DNA of 64,000 nt from Dictyostelium discoideum. Lineage: Eukaryota. Positions 53,324-64,000 of the stretch are shown here, piece after piece. Each line of letters begins with the position of its first letter. Positions within the stretch are counted from its first letter, which is position 1. The stretch lies in assembly GCA_000004695.1 (NCBI GenBank), contig CM000153.2, positions 3,168,001 through 3,232,000 on the forward strand, read 5' to 3'. The notes beneath the pieces are model-generated. The model was not told the origin of the DNA and did no database searches. It saw only the letters and a list, made by a program, of their open reading frames with translations. Position numbers and translations under genes: made by a program.

Positions 53324-53765
53324 GAGTTTGCTGTTGTTGTTGTTGTTGTGGTGGTTGAATGAATTGAGATTTGTTTAATTTTTTGTTTTTATTGGTATTA
53401 GTGTTACCATTTAAGTTGCTGTTAATATTGATACCATTGGCGTTATGAGTTGGTTTCTTTTTTTTGTAATCATTATGATTGTTTGTTAAATTTGAGTTTG
53501 AGATTTGCAGCGGTTGTTGTTGTTGTTGTTGTTTTTTTGGTATAGGTGGTTGATAAGGTGATACTTGTTGTGGTTTTATTGGTGAATGAGGTGAATAGGA
53601 TTGTTGTGGTTGAGGTGGTTGAGGTGGTGGCGTTGTTGATGATGGTGAGATTGTGTGATGTTTGGGTGAACTGTATTCATAATTTGTATTTTTTAATCTT
53701 CCACTAGACACTTGACCTCCGGTACTAGTTCCTGTTGTTGTCGATGATGTATTTGAATTATCCAC
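48790..53765 (-). CDS. RNB-domain 3'-5' exoribonuclease (RNase II/R, Dis3-like family) with an N-terminal exon encoding a polyQ region and an RRM-like module. Two exons: 53765..52650 and 52521..48790. Intron 52522..52649 (GTATGT...CATAG).
   Basis: The RNB motifs are 'VTIDPPSSTDLDDAIS...GIHISDVSAFLEKGSKLDKEAEYRLNTIYLIGSIIPMLP' and 'YTHFTAPIRRYMDVNIHRAL'. The upstream ORF 52566..53765 ends '...YILFQTTKDAKSCFYSQLKGVRKIDV' at a GTATGT donor in phase 0. The acceptor '...aatcatag|AATGGTGGA' is in phase 0 and runs for 31 in-frame codons ('NGGQACIKIYFNGEYKTVIRCTNPDPFPLQS') before the first Met of ORF 48790..52428. The 128-nt AT-rich spacer with (ATT)n is typical intron content. Confidence 0.6.
53045..53345 (-). 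repeat. (CAA/CAG)n coding microsatellite giving more than 100 nearly uninterrupted Gln residues
   Basis: The plus strand is about 300 nt of (TTG)n with sparse CTG/TTT/TAT interruptions. It translates to 'QQQQ...' inside the 5' exon of the RRM-RNB gene. Confidence 0.9.
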
Positions 53766-54447
53766 TTTAGTGCAATTATATATTTATAATGGTTATATTT
53801 TATAATTTTAATTTAATAAAACTACAAAAAAAAACCATATAATAAATTATTATTGATATTGAAGCATGAACAATTAACTAATTAAAAAAAAAAAACAGCA
53901 AAAATGAAAACAAAACCCTATAAAAAAAAAAAAATAAAAAAAGTTTAATTTTTTAAATTTTTAAAAAAAAAAAAAGTAATAATAAAAAAAATAATAGAAA
54001 ATATTATATATATACACAAACAATTCTTTTATTGAATATGTAAAAATTTGTTTTTAAAAAAACAATAAATGGGTGAATATGTGAATATATATAAATATAT
54101 GTATAAATTTTTTTTATTTTTTTTTTTTTTGTTTATTATAATTATTATTAACACACGATATTATTTTATTATTTTTATTTTTTATTTATTTTTATTATTA
54201 TTATTATTATTATTATTTTTTTTTTTTTTTTTTTTTTTCTTTTATTTAAAAAAAGAATTTGGATTGGTCCAACTATTAAAAAAAAAAAACGAACTTTATT
54301 TCTTTCTTTTTTTTTTTTTTTAATTAAAAGAGGATTATGACAACTGTTGAAAAAAAATCGTTTTTTTCTTTTTTTTTTATTATTTTTTTTTTTTTTTAAT
54401 TTTAAAAAAAAATTTTTTTTAATTATTTTTTTATTTTTTTTAATTAT

Positions 54448-54520
54448 TTTTTTATTTTTATTTTTATTTTTATTTTTATTTTTATTTTTATTTTTATTTT
54501 TATTTTTTTATTTTTATTTT
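54448..54520. repeat. (TTTTTA)n microsatellite of about 12 units
   Basis: 'tttttatttttatttttattttta...' in intergenic DNA. Confidence 0.85.
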
Positions 54521-54594
54521 TGTTTAAAGTTAAATATAAATTTATATATTTTAAGAAATAAAAGTATTGTTTATTTTTGATCACTTATTATTTG

Positions 54595-54621
54595 AAAAAA
54601 ACAAAAAAAAAAAAAAAAAAA

Positions 54622-54682
<61 letters not shown>
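54595..54682. repeat. poly(dA) tract of about 85 nt, with a 60-nt uninterrupted run
   Basis: An A homopolymer at 54623..54682, preceded by A19-C-A20. Confidence 0.9.
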
Positions 54683-54687
<5 letters not shown>

Positions 54688-55268
54688 AAAAATAAAAAAT
54701 TGTTTTTTCCCTGTTTTGTAATTATCTAACTGGTATAATGTATGAAAAGTTAATTTGAAATTTTTTTTTTGAAAAAAAATTCAACTGTTTTTTGATTTTT
54801 TAAATTTCGCTTAGACATATGAAATTAAATAAAAATAATATCTATTTGACATCACAATTGTTGTATTGGAAAAAAAAAATAAAAATAAAAATATAAAAAA
54901 AATAAAAGAAAAAAAAATAATTAATAAATAAAAATAAAAAACAAAAAATGTTTAAATATGTCGGGAGGTTTTATAGATTTATAAAAACATTGGTTATATT
55001 ATGAAACTCCAATTGCATTTCTTTATTTTTTTTTTTAAAAAAAGGAGATAGTTTTTTTTTTTTTTTTTTTTCCTACTTATAGACTTTAATTTTTCATTAA
55101 AAAATTAATCATAAAGATTTTAATTTTTATTTTTATTTTTTTTATTTTTATTTTTATTTTTTTTAATTTTTAATTTTTAATTTTTATTTTTTATTTTCAT
55201 TTTAATTTTTATTAATTTTTTTTTTTTTTTTTTAAAATAGAAAGAATTAGCACAAAAAAAAATAAAAA

Positions 55269-56237
55269 ATGTGTGAAAAAGAAATTAATAATAATAATAA
55301 TAATAATGAATTAACTGAAAAATCTAAAGAGGAAATTGAAAAAGATGAAATTGAATACTTGGAATATTTAAAATATAGGAAAGAAATTATTGATAGTCAT
55401 TGTCATATTCATGAAGATGTTGAACATTTACAAGAGTCATGTGATTTACCATTTAAAAAGATATTACTCATGGGTACAACAGTTGAAGATTGGGATAAAA
55501 TTAACCAATTAGCCGATAAGATCAATGATGATAATAAAATCATTAGATGTTTTGGTATACATCCTTGGTTTGTTTATAATTATTTACCACCAACTGAATT
55601 AATTGGTAAAATAAAAGAAGGTGATGGCAGTAATGATTCAATAATAATAAGTATTGACGAAACGTGGAGAATTAAAATGAAAGAATTGTTACTAAAATAT
55701 CCAAATTCAATAGTGGGTGAAATTGGTATTGACAAGGTGACAAAAGTTAGATTAAATGGATTTAATAAGAATGACCAGGAGAGCCAAATGAGGGTGTTTA
55801 GAGACCAGATTGAGATAGCCAATGAATTGGACAGATTGGTTAGTTTACATTGTGTACAACTCCAAGGTCAACTATTAACATTCTTCCAATCACTTGATAT
55901 TGATAAATTCCCACCTGCAATTGCACTACATACTTTTGGTGGTAAACCTGCTACAGTCGATCAATTTTGTAAAATGGCATCTGGAAAAGGTGATAAATTC
56001 TATTTCGGTCTATCATTTATAAATTTAACATTTTCAAAAGTTGATAAACTCATTCAAGCAATTCCTGATGACAGATTATTACTAGAAAGTGATCAAAATT
56101 CACCAACCCAAGTTGATCAATCATTATTTAAATTAATTCAAAAAATTTCAATTTCAAAAAATTGGACAATTCAAAAAACAATTGAACAAACAACTTTAAA
56201 TACTTTAAATTTTCTTTCAAAGCAAATTAAAAAATAA
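55269..56237 (+). CDS. TatD-family metal-dependent DNase/hydrolase
   Basis: TatD signature blocks are present: 'IIDSHCHIHED', 'GEIGIDKV', 'LVSLHCVQ', 'AIALHTFGG' and 'LLLESDQNSP'. 322 aa, single exon. Confidence 0.8.
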   Translation: MCEKEINNNNNNNELTEKSKEEIEKDEIEYLEYLKYRKEIIDSHCHIHEDVEHLQESCDLPFKKILLMGTTVEDWDKINQLADKINDDNKIIRCFGIHPWFVYNYLPPTELIGKIKEGDGSNDSIIISIDETWRIKMKELLLKYPNSIVGEIGIDKVTKVRLNGFNKNDQESQMRVFRDQIEIANELDRLVSLHCVQLQGQLLTFFQSLDIDKFPPAIALHTFGGKPATVDQFCKMASGKGDKFYFGLSFINLTFSKVDKLIQAIPDDRLLLESDQNSPTQVDQSLFKLIQKISISKNWTIQKTIEQTTLNTLNFLSKQIKK

Positions 56238-56753
56238 TTAATCAATTTAGGAAATAATAATAATAAAATTTTTTTTTTTTTTTTATTTTTGTGGGGGTTG
56301 AAATACTGTTTTAATTACTTAATCTGGATTAAACGTTTGAGAAATATGTTTAATTTTTTATTTCACCCATTTTAATAAATTGGAAGAGATCAAAATAGGC
56401 TAGAAAATAAAAAAAAAAGTTTCAGATTAAGCCTTGTTGGGCCAATTTCCAGTAACCATTTATTTTTTTTTTTTTTTTCTTTAATTTTTTTTTTTTTTTT
56501 TTCTTTAATTTTTTTTTTTATTTTTTTTTTTTCAAAAAATTAATTAAATTTTTGTTTTTTTTTTTTATTTTTTTTTTTTCTTTTTTTATTTTTTATTTTT
56601 TTTTTTTTATTTTTTTTTTTTTTTTTATACAAAAAGTTATTTTATTGTTTTATTGTTTTTATTTGCAAAGATACAATTTTATTTTTTAATTTAATTTTTT
56701 TTATTTTTTTTTTATATAAAAAAAAACATTAAAAAATAAAAATATAAAAATAA

Positions 56754-58495
56754 ATGTCCACGGAAAATAATAATAATAATAACAATGGAATTATTGGTAG
56801 TCCATTAAGTGGTAATAGTGTTTTAAGTGGTAGTGGATCAGTTTTAGATAGTGATAAAATTCAAAAGATTGTAAATAACTATCAAAAAGTAAAGAATCAA
56901 AATGCTATACTAAAGAAAGCATTATTACAAGAACAACAAAAAACAAATGACTTGGAAAAAGGATTAAAGGAAAAAGAACAAGCATTAACAACATCACTAC
57001 AAGAACATGATGTATTAGATTTTAATAATCAAAGATTAACAAAAAGAATTCAATTAATGCAAGATCATATGAATGAGGTAAGTTAAAAAAAAAAAAAAAA
57101 AGTAAAAAAATATATATATCCAAAATATAAAATAATTAATTTAATTTAATTTATTTTTAATTTAATTTAATTTTTTTTTTTTTTTTTTTTAAGAAAAAAG
57201 AAAGTGGTGGACAATGGTTTGGTGGTAAGAATCAAAAATTAGAAATTCAAAAAAAAGAAGAAGAAATTAATATATTAAGAAGTGAATTACAAGAAAAGAT
57301 TGATGATAATGAAGGATTACATAGTGTAAATATTGAAAAAGAGAATGCATATAAATCATTGGAACAAGATTTGAAATCTTCAATAACAGAGAAAGAAAGA
57401 GAGATTCAAGAGAAACAAGAGAAAATCAATGTTTTATTGATTGAACAAAAAGAGAGTGAAAAGAAACTTCATGATCAAACCAAAGGTTTACGTGATGCAA
57501 TATCATTGTTGGAGATTAATTTCAAACAGGTCTATAGTTCAACCAAACAAAGAGATGATTCATTCATAAGGTTGAGTGAATTGATTCAAACTGGTTTAAA
57601 TTCAAATTTACCATTGATTTCATTCGATTATCCATTAGAGAATATTACGCCATCCAATGAAAGATTTCCAATTGAAGATATCATTGAAACAATTGAGAAA
57701 TCAAATAGCAGCAATAATAATAATACAATTATAAACATTGATTCAAATACAATTAAAACCATATCAGATCGTAATTCATGGATACCACCAATTAAATCAA
57801 TCATTGGTAGTGTTCAACAATTCCTTTCCTATCATTTGGAACAAGTTTCACAATTGATTTCATCTCATCGTTCATCAATGTCACAATTGATTGAAACTAA
57901 TCAACAGGAATTCAAAAGATTAAATCAACAACTTAACGATCTACTTTTACAAAAGGAGGAATTGGAATTTAGACTCAATACCGTTGGTGAACAATTACTA
58001 AAAAAGGAGTTTGAAATCTCTGAACATTCAGCTAGCATTAAAACTATAAATGAAACCATTTCAAAACTTCAAGATTCAAATCAACAATTGGATTCCCAAT
58101 CATTACGTGATAAAGAATCCTATAATCAAATGAAAAAACAATTTGAATCTCAAATTAAATCCATAAAATCAGATTTTGAACTAGAAATGAAACAAGCAAA
58201 AGATCAAAATCAAGCACTCTTAAAACATCAAAAAGGTTTATTAAATTCAAAAATTAATGAAAAAGATTTAATCATTTCAAATTTAGAGAAGAAATTATCT
58301 TTAATTCAAAAATCTTTATCAAATAATTCTTCACCACAAATATCAATACAACAACAACAACAACAATCACCAATACTTTTAGATTTAAATAATAATTATA
58401 ATAATGATGATAACAATACAAATACAAACACAAATACAAATTCAATTAGTAACGATTTAATAGATTTATCATTCCTTGAAAGTAATGGTTTATCA

Positions 58496-58584
<89 letters not shown>

Positions 58585-58838
58585 TAATTTTAGCGAACAA
58601 AATAGTAATAATAATAATAGTAGTAATAGTTTAATTAATCTTGACGATGATATAATATTGGATACGCAAATTGATGAAGAAAAACAAATTAAACAAGAAA
58701 ATAATAATAACAATAATAGTGGTAATAATAGTTTAGAAAATAGTGTTATCTTAACAACTCCAAGACCAGTAGTTAGTGATAGATTTAAATTATCAGTTTT
58801 AGATGAAACAGGTGATGAATCTGATGTAAGTTTAAATT

Positions 58839-58881
<43 letters not shown>

Positions 58882-59388
58882 TTTTAATTAATTACTAACC
58901 ATTTTTTATTTTTAAAAAAAAAGTCATTAAACTTTTCAATGACAGATAAAGAAAGAGAGAATGAAATGAAAGTTTATTATGAAAATAAGATTACACAATT
59001 ATTGAATAAGATATCAAATATTGATGCTAAAGCATTAAGATACTATGATCAATATCAACAATTAATGAAAAAAGGTGGTGCTAGTCAAAGTGAATTAGAT
59101 TCTACCATTTTGGAATTAAAGAATTGTAAAGTTGAATTAAAGAATACCAAAGATGAATTAGAGGTTACTCGTGTAAACTACGATCAACAAATGAGATATC
59201 TCACTGAACAATTCATTTCTTTGAATGAGAATGTAAGCTCACTCGATAGTCAACTCATTAAAATTAAACAATATAAAGTTTCTTGTGGTAAATGTAAACA
59301 TTGGAATCAATTGGAATTCATTTTCTCTCCAAATAATCAAGGTTTATATTGTTCAAAAGGTCATCCAATTTTAACAATTCAACCTTAG
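56754..59388 (+). CDS. PPP1R21 homolog (KLRAQ/TTKRSY coiled-coil protein). Three exons: 56754..57077, 57194..58825 and 58924..59388.
   Basis: The N-terminus 'KIQKIVNNYQKVKNQNAILKKALLQEQQKTNDLEKGLKEKEQAL...DVLDFNNQRLTKRIQLMQDHMNE' matches the human PPP1R21 KLRAQ domain 'LQGKYQKLAQEYSKLRAQNQVLKKGVVDEQANSAALKEQLKMKDQSL...LTFRNLQLAKRVELLQDELA'. The C-terminus 'ELKNTKDELEVTRVNYDQQMRYLTEQF' matches the TTKRSY domain 'LQDELTTTKRSYEDQLSMMSDHL'. Both introns have GTAAGT donors and are phase 0, joining three ORF-track ORFs. About 806 aa. Confidence 0.8.
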
Positions 59389-59918
59389 CTCTATTTATTT
59401 ATTAATTATTAATAATTAATAATTATTAATAATACCACTATTATAAATTAATAAAAATTATTATTAACTAATAATAAAAATAGTAATAATTTATTATTAA
59501 CAAAAATAATACCTTTACATTTTATTTTACGTGGTTAAAACAATAGTTTTTTTTTTTTTTTTATTATAAATTTTTTAATTTAATATAAGGTGCATAGGTA
59601 ATTGATTAAATAATTTTACTTTCCAAGTATTTTTATTATTTATTTCAGAAAACTTTCTTTTTCTTTTTTTTTTTCTTTTTTTTTTTAAAAAAATTTTAAG
59701 GGGGGGGATAAAATCTTATTTTACAATCTATAAAAATTGTAATGGGAATTAAGATTTTAATACAAATTAATAAATCTTAATTGCTAATAAATTATTTTTT
59801 GGATGAAAAAAAAAAAAGAAAAAAAAAAAAAAAAAGGGAAAAAAAAAAAATGTATAAAAGAAAAAAATTAATGGACATTTAAAATAAAAATATATTCAAA
59901 TACAATCTTTTAAAAATC

Positions 59919-60219
59919 ATGACTCTCTTTTGTAGGTTTACTAAATTAAAAAAAAGTTTTTTTTTTTCATAATAATAATTAACAATTTGTATTTTTCTTT
60001 ATAATTATAAAAATAGCATCATTATCATCATTAAGCACTGGTTCTTTGAAATCAAGTGTTTCTTCAATTGAAACTGGTAGTTCAAGTGGTTCATTTGGTT
60101 CAAATGAAACATCGGGATGGGGTCACCATCATTGGAATAGTTGTCATCCATGTCCACCACCACGTCCAATTTGTCGTCCATGTCCACCATGTCGTCCAGT
60201 ACCAAGATGTCATCATTAA
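59919..60219 (+). CDS. Small Cys/Pro-rich protein of the hssA/2C/7E-like family, copy 1. Exons: 59919..59931 (13 nt) and 60017..60219.
   Basis: 'MTLF|[67 protein letters not shown]'. The 13-nt first exon, phase-1 intron (GTAGGT...AAATAG) and 'MT(L/I)FSS(L/I)SS' N-terminus are as I recall for Dictyostelium hssA/2C/7E genes. Confidence 0.5.
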
Positions 60220-60499
60220 AGTTTAATTTTAAATAAAATTAATAAATAGAACTTTAAAATGTTTGGAATTTAAATAAATAATTTTTCTTTTTTTAAAAAA
60301 TATATTCAAACACATTGAATTTGATTTTGGAAAATTTACTACCAATAAAACTAATGATAATAAAATTCTTTTATTAACAAAATTTATTATTAAACAGAAA
60401 TATAGAATGTATTACTGATGCTCAAAAAACTGATGATTTAAAATATGTTAGAGAATGGGTTTATTCCTTTGTGAATCAATGTCCAATACATAATCCAAT

Positions 60500-60544
<45 letters not shown>

Positions 60545-60707
60545 CCTTGTCCTAATTTGGGATGTGCCGTTGTGACCACTAAATCCATTTTCAATTTATT
60601 TCAACAAAGTTTGCAGGGTAAATTAAAAAATATAATATTTAAAAAAATAAAATTGCACAGGAAATTTATTTTTAATGAAATTTTTTTATTTTTATCAAAA
60701 ATCTATT

Positions 60708-60993
60708 TTAATATTTATAATGGCATCTTGGTTCTGGACGGCATGGTGGGCATGGACGACAAATTGGACGTGGTGGTGGACATGGATGACAACTATTCCA
60801 ATGGTGGTTACCCCATCCAGATGTTTCATTTGAACCAAATGAACCACTTGAACTACCAGTTTCAATTGAAGAAACACTTGATTTCAAAGAACCAGTGCTT
60901 AATGATGATAATGATGCTAATTTTTATAAATTATTTATTAATAAATTAAAATTTTTTTTTTTTTTAGGAAAAAAACTTACAAAATAGGGTCAT
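60708..60993 (-). CDS. hssA/2C/7E-like small Cys/Pro-rich protein, copy 2 (inverted orientation). Exons: 60993..60981 and 60916..60708.
   Basis: 'MTLF|[69 protein letters not shown]'. Exon 1 is 'ATGACCCTATTTT' plus GTAAGT. The acceptor is 'aaaaattag'. Confidence 0.5.
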
Positions 60994-61421
60994 TTTAAAA
61001 TTTTAATAGTTTCTTGTTTAAAAATTAGAGTTTGATTTAATATTTTTTTTTTCTAATTTGGTTACAATTTATAGTTTTTTTTTTTCTAAAAAAAAGAATA
61101 AAAAAACAAATAATTTTTTAATTTTATTTTAAAATCATACTTTTTGTTTTTTCATTTCTATTTTTTTTTATATCAAAAAACTTAAACTCCCCCCCCATTA
61201 TATTTTTCTATTTGACTTGTTATATTATTTATTCATAAATGATTACTTGTTATAGTAATTATTATTAAAAATGGGGCCTTTGGATTTTGAATTATCAAGA
61301 ATTCTTAAAATAAAAAAGTCTTTAAAAAAAAAAAAAAAAAAAAATTATTCAAAAAATTAAAAAACTATAAAAACAAAAAATCAATTTTTAAAATATTAAT
61401 TATAAATCAAAAAATAAAAAT

Positions 61422-61891
61422 ATGAGTATTTTCAGTAAGTATAATTTTTTTTAGAAATATTGTAAAACTCAGTAAAATTTGTCATAAATATTTTTAAAAA
61501 TAATAATAAATTATTAATTTCAATTATTCCTACAAAATAAATGTTTTAATAATTAAACCACTTTGTTGATCCCAAACATGGTGAATTTTTTAATTTCGAA
61601 ATTTTTGCTCAAATTTTCCTGGATTTTACAATATTTAAATAAATAAAATAAACTAAATTTAAACCCTTTTTTTAAATAAATATAGGTTCATTATCATCAT
61701 TATCCACTGGTTCTTTGAAATCAAGTGTTTCATCAATTGAAAACGGTAGCTCAAGTGGTTCATTTGGTTCAAATGAAACATCTGGATGGGGTCAACACCA
61801 CTGGAATAGTTGTCGTCCATGTCCACCACCACGTCCAATTTGTCGTCCATGTCCACCACCATGTCATCCAAAACCAAGATGTCATTATTAA
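61422..61891 (+). CDS. hssA/2C/7E-like small Cys/Pro-rich protein, copy 3. Exons: 61422..61434 and 61686..61891. Intron 251 nt.
   Basis: 'MSIF|[68 protein letters not shown]'. Exon 1 is 'ATGAGTATTTTCA' plus GTAAGT. The acceptor is 'aaatatag'. Confidence 0.5.
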
Positions 61892-62058
61892 AAATTTAAT
61901 AAGGTTTTAAAAATAAATTTCATCTTTAAAAAAAAAGATATTTTTAGAAAATTGGAAAAGTAGTATTAAAAATTTTTATTGTGTTTGTTAGAGAAAAAAA
62001 AAATAGTATAAAATACTAATAACCAAACAAAAAACAAATGTTTTTAAATATATTTAAA

Positions 62059-64000
62059 CTATTTTGAATTAAAGTCATAGTAAGAAACTTCACCATCAGA
62101 AAAACCAGCTAACATTGTTTCATCATCTATTGATAAACATTCTACGGGTGATAAATTATTAATGGTAGTTAAAAGGTTTGGTTCATTACTACCCTCTAAA
62201 TTCCATAAGCAAATTGAATCTTCATCCCCTGTACACATACGTAAATTATTATAGATACTTATTGCTTTAACCTTTGAGGAATGAGATTTTATATTGTGGA
62301 TGGCAGAACTTGGATTTCTGATATCCCACATTCTAATGGTCTTATCGCTTGAACCTGTAATCAATTGATAATCATTTAAAAAGTCGAGACAATTAACTGA
62401 ACCTTTGTGACCATTGAGAACCAATTCAGTTTTATTTGAGTCTATATCCCATAGCTTAACAGTTTTATCAGTACATGCAATCATACAAAAGTTTTCAAAC
62501 CTTCCAATTTTACAATGATTAATTTTGGTGTTTTCAATTTCTATCATTTGCAATTCCTGTTCAGTTTCGCTATCATATAGCTTGACGGTATTACTTTCAT
62601 AAGAGTAAATATCTCTTTTCATGAAAATGAAACCATTAGAAACGTAGAGAAAACGTTGTTCTTTTTCAATTTCTTTTGTAGCGATATTGTAATGTTGAAT
62701 TGCACCATTTGAACAACCCAATCTAATGATACCATGCATAAATAAACAATATGGGAATATATCTGTTGAAAGTTTAGTAAAATTATCCTTTTCAAATGAA
62801 ATAACTGAACTTGCACCACATCTAGTTGTACTTTCACATTGTTTTGTTGCAATATTCCAAGATTTAAATTCTTTATCCTTTGAACCTGTGAATATTTGAT
62901 TTGGTGCCATTTGTAAACAACTAATCTTTCCTTTATGTCCTCTTAAATTACTAACTTTCCCATTACCAGCTCTCCAATGTCTATTAATTGTTTCTTTTTC
63001 TCTAAACATATTCAACCAATAATGTTCATTCTTTTGAATTTGTTCTCTATTATTATATTTATTATTATTTTCAAGTAGCATATCTGGTAATTGTGGAATT
63101 GGTGGTGGTGGTGGTGGTAGTAGTGGTGGCGATGGTGAAGAAGAAGATGAAGATGCTGATAATGGTGAAGAATTATTTGATTTTTTTTTACTATGATCAA
63201 AAGTTAAATCCAATAATTGTTTCTTTTCAGTACCTAAATTTATATCTTCAATTGAACTCCATTTAAATAAAGAATCTGAACTATTTTTTGTAAACTCTCT
63301 ATTATAAAGATCTCTCCAAATATTATCATCCAAACAAATCCTATTAAAATATTTACAAGTTCTTGACATTCTAATTAAATGAGTTGCATCCATTAATGTG
63401 AAAATATATTGAATCATTTCATATGGTAACAAATCAAATAAAGAACAAGTTTTTAAATTATGACTTTCCAAATAACGTGGTGATTTCTTTTTTGGTGGTT
63501 TTCTTAAATGTAATCCACTTGATATTAATAATAAAAATGGTTTTCTTGTTATATATGATTCCCAATTTTCTGAAAATCTAAGATATTCTTGATCATTATT
63601 ATTATTAATATCTAATTGTTGATTATTATCTATTAAAGCTGAATCATTTGAAAAAGTGGAAGAGGATGAAGAAGATGTTGGTGAAGAGAGTTGTTGAGGT
63701 GGTGAAAATGTCAAAGATGATGAAGTGCTACTACTACTACTACTACTACCACCACTACCACCACCACTTGAAAAACAAAACTGAGTTGAAGGAATTGAAA
63801 TTGAAGTTGAATTAATTCCATTATCTCTAAATTTTCTTTTTTTTTCGTTCTCATGATTATTTGAATTTGGTGGTGAATTTATAATTAAAGATGGTTTAGA
63901 ATGACGAATTTGAATATTTGAAAAAATTTCGGCCAATTCTGAGAATTTATCAATACCTTCCCAATGTGGAAACTCTTGTTGTTTTCTTTTATGTAAATAA
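62059..64000 (-). CDS. F-box / WD40-repeat protein (5' end runs off the window edge)
   Basis: The F-box is 'LFDLLPYEMIQYIFTLMDATHLIRMSRTCKYFNRICLDDNIWRDLY'. It is followed by about 7 WD40 repeats ('GHKGKISCLQMAPNQIFTGSKDKEFKSWNI', 'GHKGSVNCLDFLNDYQLITGSSDKTIRMWDI', ...). The reading frame stays open upstream of the annotated Met through position 64000. Confidence 0.75.
   Translation of the reverse strand, partial: YLHKRKQQEFPHWEGIDKFSELAEIFSNIQIRHSKPSLIINSPPNSNNHENEKKRKFRDNGINSTSISIPSTQFCFSSGGGSGGSSSSSSSTSSSLTFSPPQQLSSPTSSSSSSTFSNDSALIDNNQQLDINNNNDQEYLRFSENWESYITRKPFLLLISSGLHLRKPPKKKSPRYLESHNLKTCSLFDLLPYEMIQYIFTLMDATHLIRMSRTCKYFNRICLDDNIWRDLYNREFTKNSSDSLFKWSSIEDINLGTEKKQLLDLTFDHSKKKSNNSSPLSASSSSSSPSPPLLPPPPPPIPQLPDMLLENNNKYNNREQIQKNEHYWLNMFREKETINRHWRAGNGKVSNLRGHKGKISCLQMAPNQIFTGSKDKEFKSWNIATKQCESTTRCGASSVISFEKDNFTKLSTDIFPYCLFMHGIIRLGCSNGAIQHYNIATKEIEKEQRFLYVSNGFIFMKRDIYSYESNTVKLYDSETEQELQMIEIENTKINHCKIGRFENFCMIACTDKTVKLWDIDSNKTELVLNGHKGSVNCLDFLNDYQLITGSSDKTIRMWDIRNPSSAIHNIKSHSSKVKAISIYNNLRMCTGDEDSICLWNLEGSNEPNLLTTINNLSPVECLSIDDETMLAGFSDGEVSYYDFNSK

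Noticed and set aside
53015-53378. Plus-strand ORFs of poly-V and poly-L
   Set aside because: These are frame or strand artefacts of the (TTG)n repeat that encodes polyQ on the minus strand.
54400-54530. Regularly spaced short repeats that might suggest a CRISPR array
   Set aside because: This is a (TTTTTA)n microsatellite in a eukaryotic intergenic region. There are no spacers, cas genes or prokaryotic context.

Overview
This window is a gene-dense chromosomal segment from a Dictyostelium-type social amoeba. The evidence is about 78% A+T, coding (AAT)n, (CAA)n and poly-acidic tracts, short AT-rich introns with GTAAGT/GTATGT donors and T-rich acceptors, and members of the small-protein family 'hssA/2C/7E' (named after the hssA gene and cDNA clones 2C and 7E). 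It is not prokaryotic. I see no CRISPR arrays, operons, tRNA or rRNA genes.

Reading both strands and splicing by hand, I find about 29 protein-coding genes:
- two tandem Aly/REF-type mRNA-export adaptor genes, plus a decayed duplicate fragment
- a Qb-SNARE of the 'novel plant SNARE' (NPSN) family, with a tandem disrupted paralog
- a von Willebrand factor A (vWA)-like protein
- GNL1-like circularly permuted GTPase
- a multi-Myb protein resembling SNAPC4
- a large multi-pass membrane protein
- an F-box/ankyrin/TRAF-zinc-finger protein
- autophagy genes atg9 and atg18 (WIPI) lying tail-to-tail
- a C2H2 zinc-finger protein
- Nup85 carrying an unusual N-terminal FG-repeat extension
- exosome subunit Csl4
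- an LYR-motif protein
- DNA polymerase delta catalytic subunit
- a restriction-endonuclease-like Mrr-cat domain protein with a transmembrane (TM) tail
- an HPD-motif protein resembling TCAIM
- an RNB exoribonuclease that appears fused by an intron to an upstream RRM-like/polyQ exon
- a TatD DNase
- PPP1R21 (KLRAQ/TTKRSY)
- three small Cys/Pro-rich hssA/2C/7E-like genes
- a partial F-box/WD40 gene at the right edge

No coordinated novel 'system' in the prokaryotic sense is visible. The most notable items are:
- the atg9–atg18 pairing
- the RRM–RNB fusion
- FG repeats on Nup85
- an Mrr-type nuclease domain in a eukaryote
- the hssA-like mini-cluster
- two apparent 1-nt frameshifts at homopolymers (atg9 and the second SNARE copy)

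All coordinates are hand-derived and may be off by 1–2 nt.
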